This document shows, piece by piece, positions 37,688 to 39,634 of a stretch of 39,634 bases of DNA. Both the position numbers and the translations under genes were made by a program. The notes beneath the pieces are model-generated. The model was not told the origin of the DNA and searched no databases. It saw only the letters and a program-made list of their open reading frames with translations. Source of the stretch: a candidate division WOR-3 bacterium (GTDB lineage: Bacteria > Hydrothermota > Tepidihabitantia > Tepidihabitantales > Tepidihabitantaceae); assembly GCA_030612625.1 (NCBI GenBank), contig JAUWNN010000002.1, forward strand, positions 1 to 39,634, given 5' to 3'. Every line of letters begins with the position of its first letter. Positions within the stretch are counted from its first letter, which is position 1.

Positions 37688-37898
37688 GGGGCGACCGCCC
37701 CGGCACAAGGCGCTCATGTCACGCACCTCGCCGGGGACATGAAACCGCCAAGGCCGCCAAGTACGGACAGACAAAAACCGGGCCCTGATTTCAGGCCCGA
37801 CAATCTTCTCTTCTTGGCGCTCTTGGCGGTTGTTGGAAGGTCAGCTACGGGCAAACTGCCCGGAAAGTATCGGCTCAAGTCCGACACCTCCCGGTCAG
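37688..37898 (-). ncRNA. Candidate structured 5' leader (tandem hairpin motif), copy B
   Basis: 37813-37898 is 84/86 identical to 29011-29096; 37688-37736 matches 28859-28907. Confidence 0.6.
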
Positions 37899-37929
37899 GC
37901 AGACCGCATATGTTCTCAGCACTATGCCG

Positions 37930-37957
37930 AGTCTAGTCGAGAAAGAGCTAGAGTCAA
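37930..37957 (-). promoter_or_regulatory. Promoter TTGACT-N16-TAGACT
   Basis: Minus-strand hexamers at 37957-37952 and 37935-37930; same offset from the leader motif as in copy A. Confidence 0.6.
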
Positions 37958-38064
37958 GCGTGTCAGTGCAATTCTTTATTCACCCCTGACAACTGACAAC
38001 GGTGTCAGACTTGAATTGACTGTCCTTGCCCCGGGCCGAGACTGACAACAACCATCGAATGTAG

Positions 38065-38448
38065 CCCTGGGTAAAGCACCTTGTCAAATACCGAACCGGA
38101 CGCCTGGGCAAGTAACCAGCAAAGCGCATCCGCGGTCTGATTGGCAAACGCCTTGATAGGCCGCGGCGCAAACAGCAGAAGGAACTGCAAGGCAGGCAGC
38201 AGGGAAAACGGCATGGCAAACGGCCCTGAAAACAGCCTGGCAAACTGCGGGGAAAGCCGCAGAATGGGCAGCAGACGAAGCGGCCGGTGAAGCGGCAAAG
38301 CAAGCAACTCAAGCAACCCCTGAACGAACAACCGATGAAACGGGATGCAGAACTGCCTGGATTGCGGCTTTCACGACGGTCAGGAAAGCGACTCAGAAAG
38401 CCATTCTACAAACGATTTGAGGGACTATCCAGGAGACGACCCCTATGT
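38065..38448. repeat. Degenerate 12-bp-period array 3 (about 32 units, consensus CNGCNNGGCAAR)
   Basis: cgcctgggcaag ... ctgattggcaaa ... cagcagggaaaa/cggcatggcaaa/cggccctgaaaa/cagcctggcaaa/ctgcggggaaag; no indels. Confidence 0.8.
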
Positions 38449-38907
38449 GTTGGTTCTGAGCCCCCATTTCTTCAGCTAAGTCCATAAATACCAGGACTTT
38501 CCGCCTGTTAGAAGGACATACCAGAAACCCAGAACCAGGGTTGATTCCAATCTACAGTATTGTAGACTGAAACATAAGGGAGCAAACAGGGTAGCGACTG
38601 TTTCACGCCTTGGTGCCGCTTGCCAGAAAACCCTTTGTTTGTTCTAATTACCCATGCGTATGAAAACGATGCGGCTTGAGAAACCAGCACTGGGCGCGCG
38701 GTCGACCGGCCCGGAGCCGCAGTTGGCGGTCCTGGGGATGGCCAGACAGCGGTCACCGGATAGGCCCGGATTTCTTATCATCGGATGTCCGCCGTATCGA
38801 CGATATGGCGTGAGGCCAGCTGGGCCGCAGACACCTCGGGCCAAACCGGGTATTCAGCCTAACCAACGTTGCTACGCTACTTAACCCAGCAAGACCACTT
38901 GAAGGGG

Positions 38908-39135
38908 GGCCATCCGGGGGGCAGCCCCGGGGATAACCCCGGGTATGCCCCTGGGTATGGCGATCCTGGCGGCCAGGATGACGGTTACCCAGGTCATTAT
39001 CCAGGTAACCAGGGCAGTGATTATCCGGGTGACCAGGCTGGCGGCTATCCAGGTGGTACGGGTAGCTATACAGGTGGTTATCCCGGTGGCGGCTGCCTTG
39101 GCCGCCATCCCAGCCACCCTCCGGGCCACTCAGGG
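38908..39135. repeat. Degenerate 12-bp-period array 4 (consensus GGYTATCCRGGT, a few 3-bp slips)
   Basis: ggccatccgggg/ggcagccccggg/gataaccccggg/tatgcccctggg ... ggttacccaggt/cattatccaggt ... gattatccgggt ... ggctatccaggt ... ggttatcccggt. Confidence 0.75.
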
Positions 39136-39478
39136 AAGCCGGTACCCCCCTGGGGTGCGGGAGTCCGGAAGGTAGTCGGCCTGTTCTTCACACTGACCTT
39201 TGGCCCGGCCAAGTCCCCGGCCGCATCACCCCGCCGCCGACCCGGCATTGAAGGAGTCAAGAAAGCAGAGCAGGAGAAGCTGAATGTGCAGGAGATAAGT
39301 AATGTGTCGCCGAAACTCCCCGTCCGGCTTCGACCTGAATTCTGTCCCATTGAATCGCTGGGGGTAGTAAGACGACGCTGTTGAAAGAGACCGGTGACCG
39401 ACGCTACCCAACTGTGCGGTACCGCAGAATGAAACCAACTAGGTGATGAACCAGAACCCTTCCGTCAGTATGCAGTAA

Positions 39479-39634
39479 TCATTCTGTGGGTTTCCAAACA
39501 TACCTGCCCATCTTGTCGATATAGCCCCACTTGTCGCCGACCTTTACGGCTGCCAGCCCTCCTCAGGAAAAGCCATAGGCCTCACCGAACTGAGGCTTGC
39601 AAACGTAATAAACTGTGCTGTCGATATATCTCAA
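39479..39634 (-). pseudogene. 3' end of a WG-repeat (KWG) protein gene with an internal stop; runs off the window edge
   Basis: LRYIDSTVYYVCKPQFGEAYGFS*GGLAAVKVGDKWGYIDKMGRYVWKPTE*. Confidence 0.65.

Noticed and set aside
37980-39384. Cys/Phe-rich, Lys/Arg-rich and Gly-Tyr-Pro-Gly ORFs
   Set aside because: Translations of arrays 3 and 4 with no RBS or domain. The GYPG frame (38869-39384) keeps frame through 3-bp slips, so it is the least firmly excluded.
39563-39565. In-frame UGA in the WG-repeat fragment as selenocysteine
   Set aside because: Falls in the FSEGLA motif, not a Cys position, and the neighbouring repeat is degenerate; more likely a pseudogene.

Overview
GC-rich bacterial chromosome segment from a probably anaerobic diderm; repeated FlgD-Ig/T9SS-type C-terminal sorting tails suggest an FCB-type lineage such as candidate division WOR-3 (inference). 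Left to right: a sensor kinase/NtrC-type pair with a sigma54-controlled secreted repeat protein, two toxin-antitoxin modules, recX-recA, secreted proteins, a CDF transporter, an ArsR-controlled thiol-redox operon, a selenium cluster (selD, yedF-like, two further in-frame-UGA selenoprotein candidates missed or split by the ORF track), an ABC importer with an outer-membrane barrel, and a corrinoid methyltransferase/2-hydroxyacyl-CoA dehydratase operon. Top signal: a stand-alone 124-aa gene (8700-9074) that aligns almost gap-free, by eye, with the DNA-wrapping major capsid protein of archaeal rod-shaped viruses (SIRV2/Adnaviria fold, about 12 bp per dimer). It lies beside one of four degenerate non-coding arrays with 12-bp periodicity. 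Also notable: a tandem structured 5' leader motif ahead of two operons, and a recurrent 16-bp promoter spacer. All family calls are by motif recognition; no searches were run.
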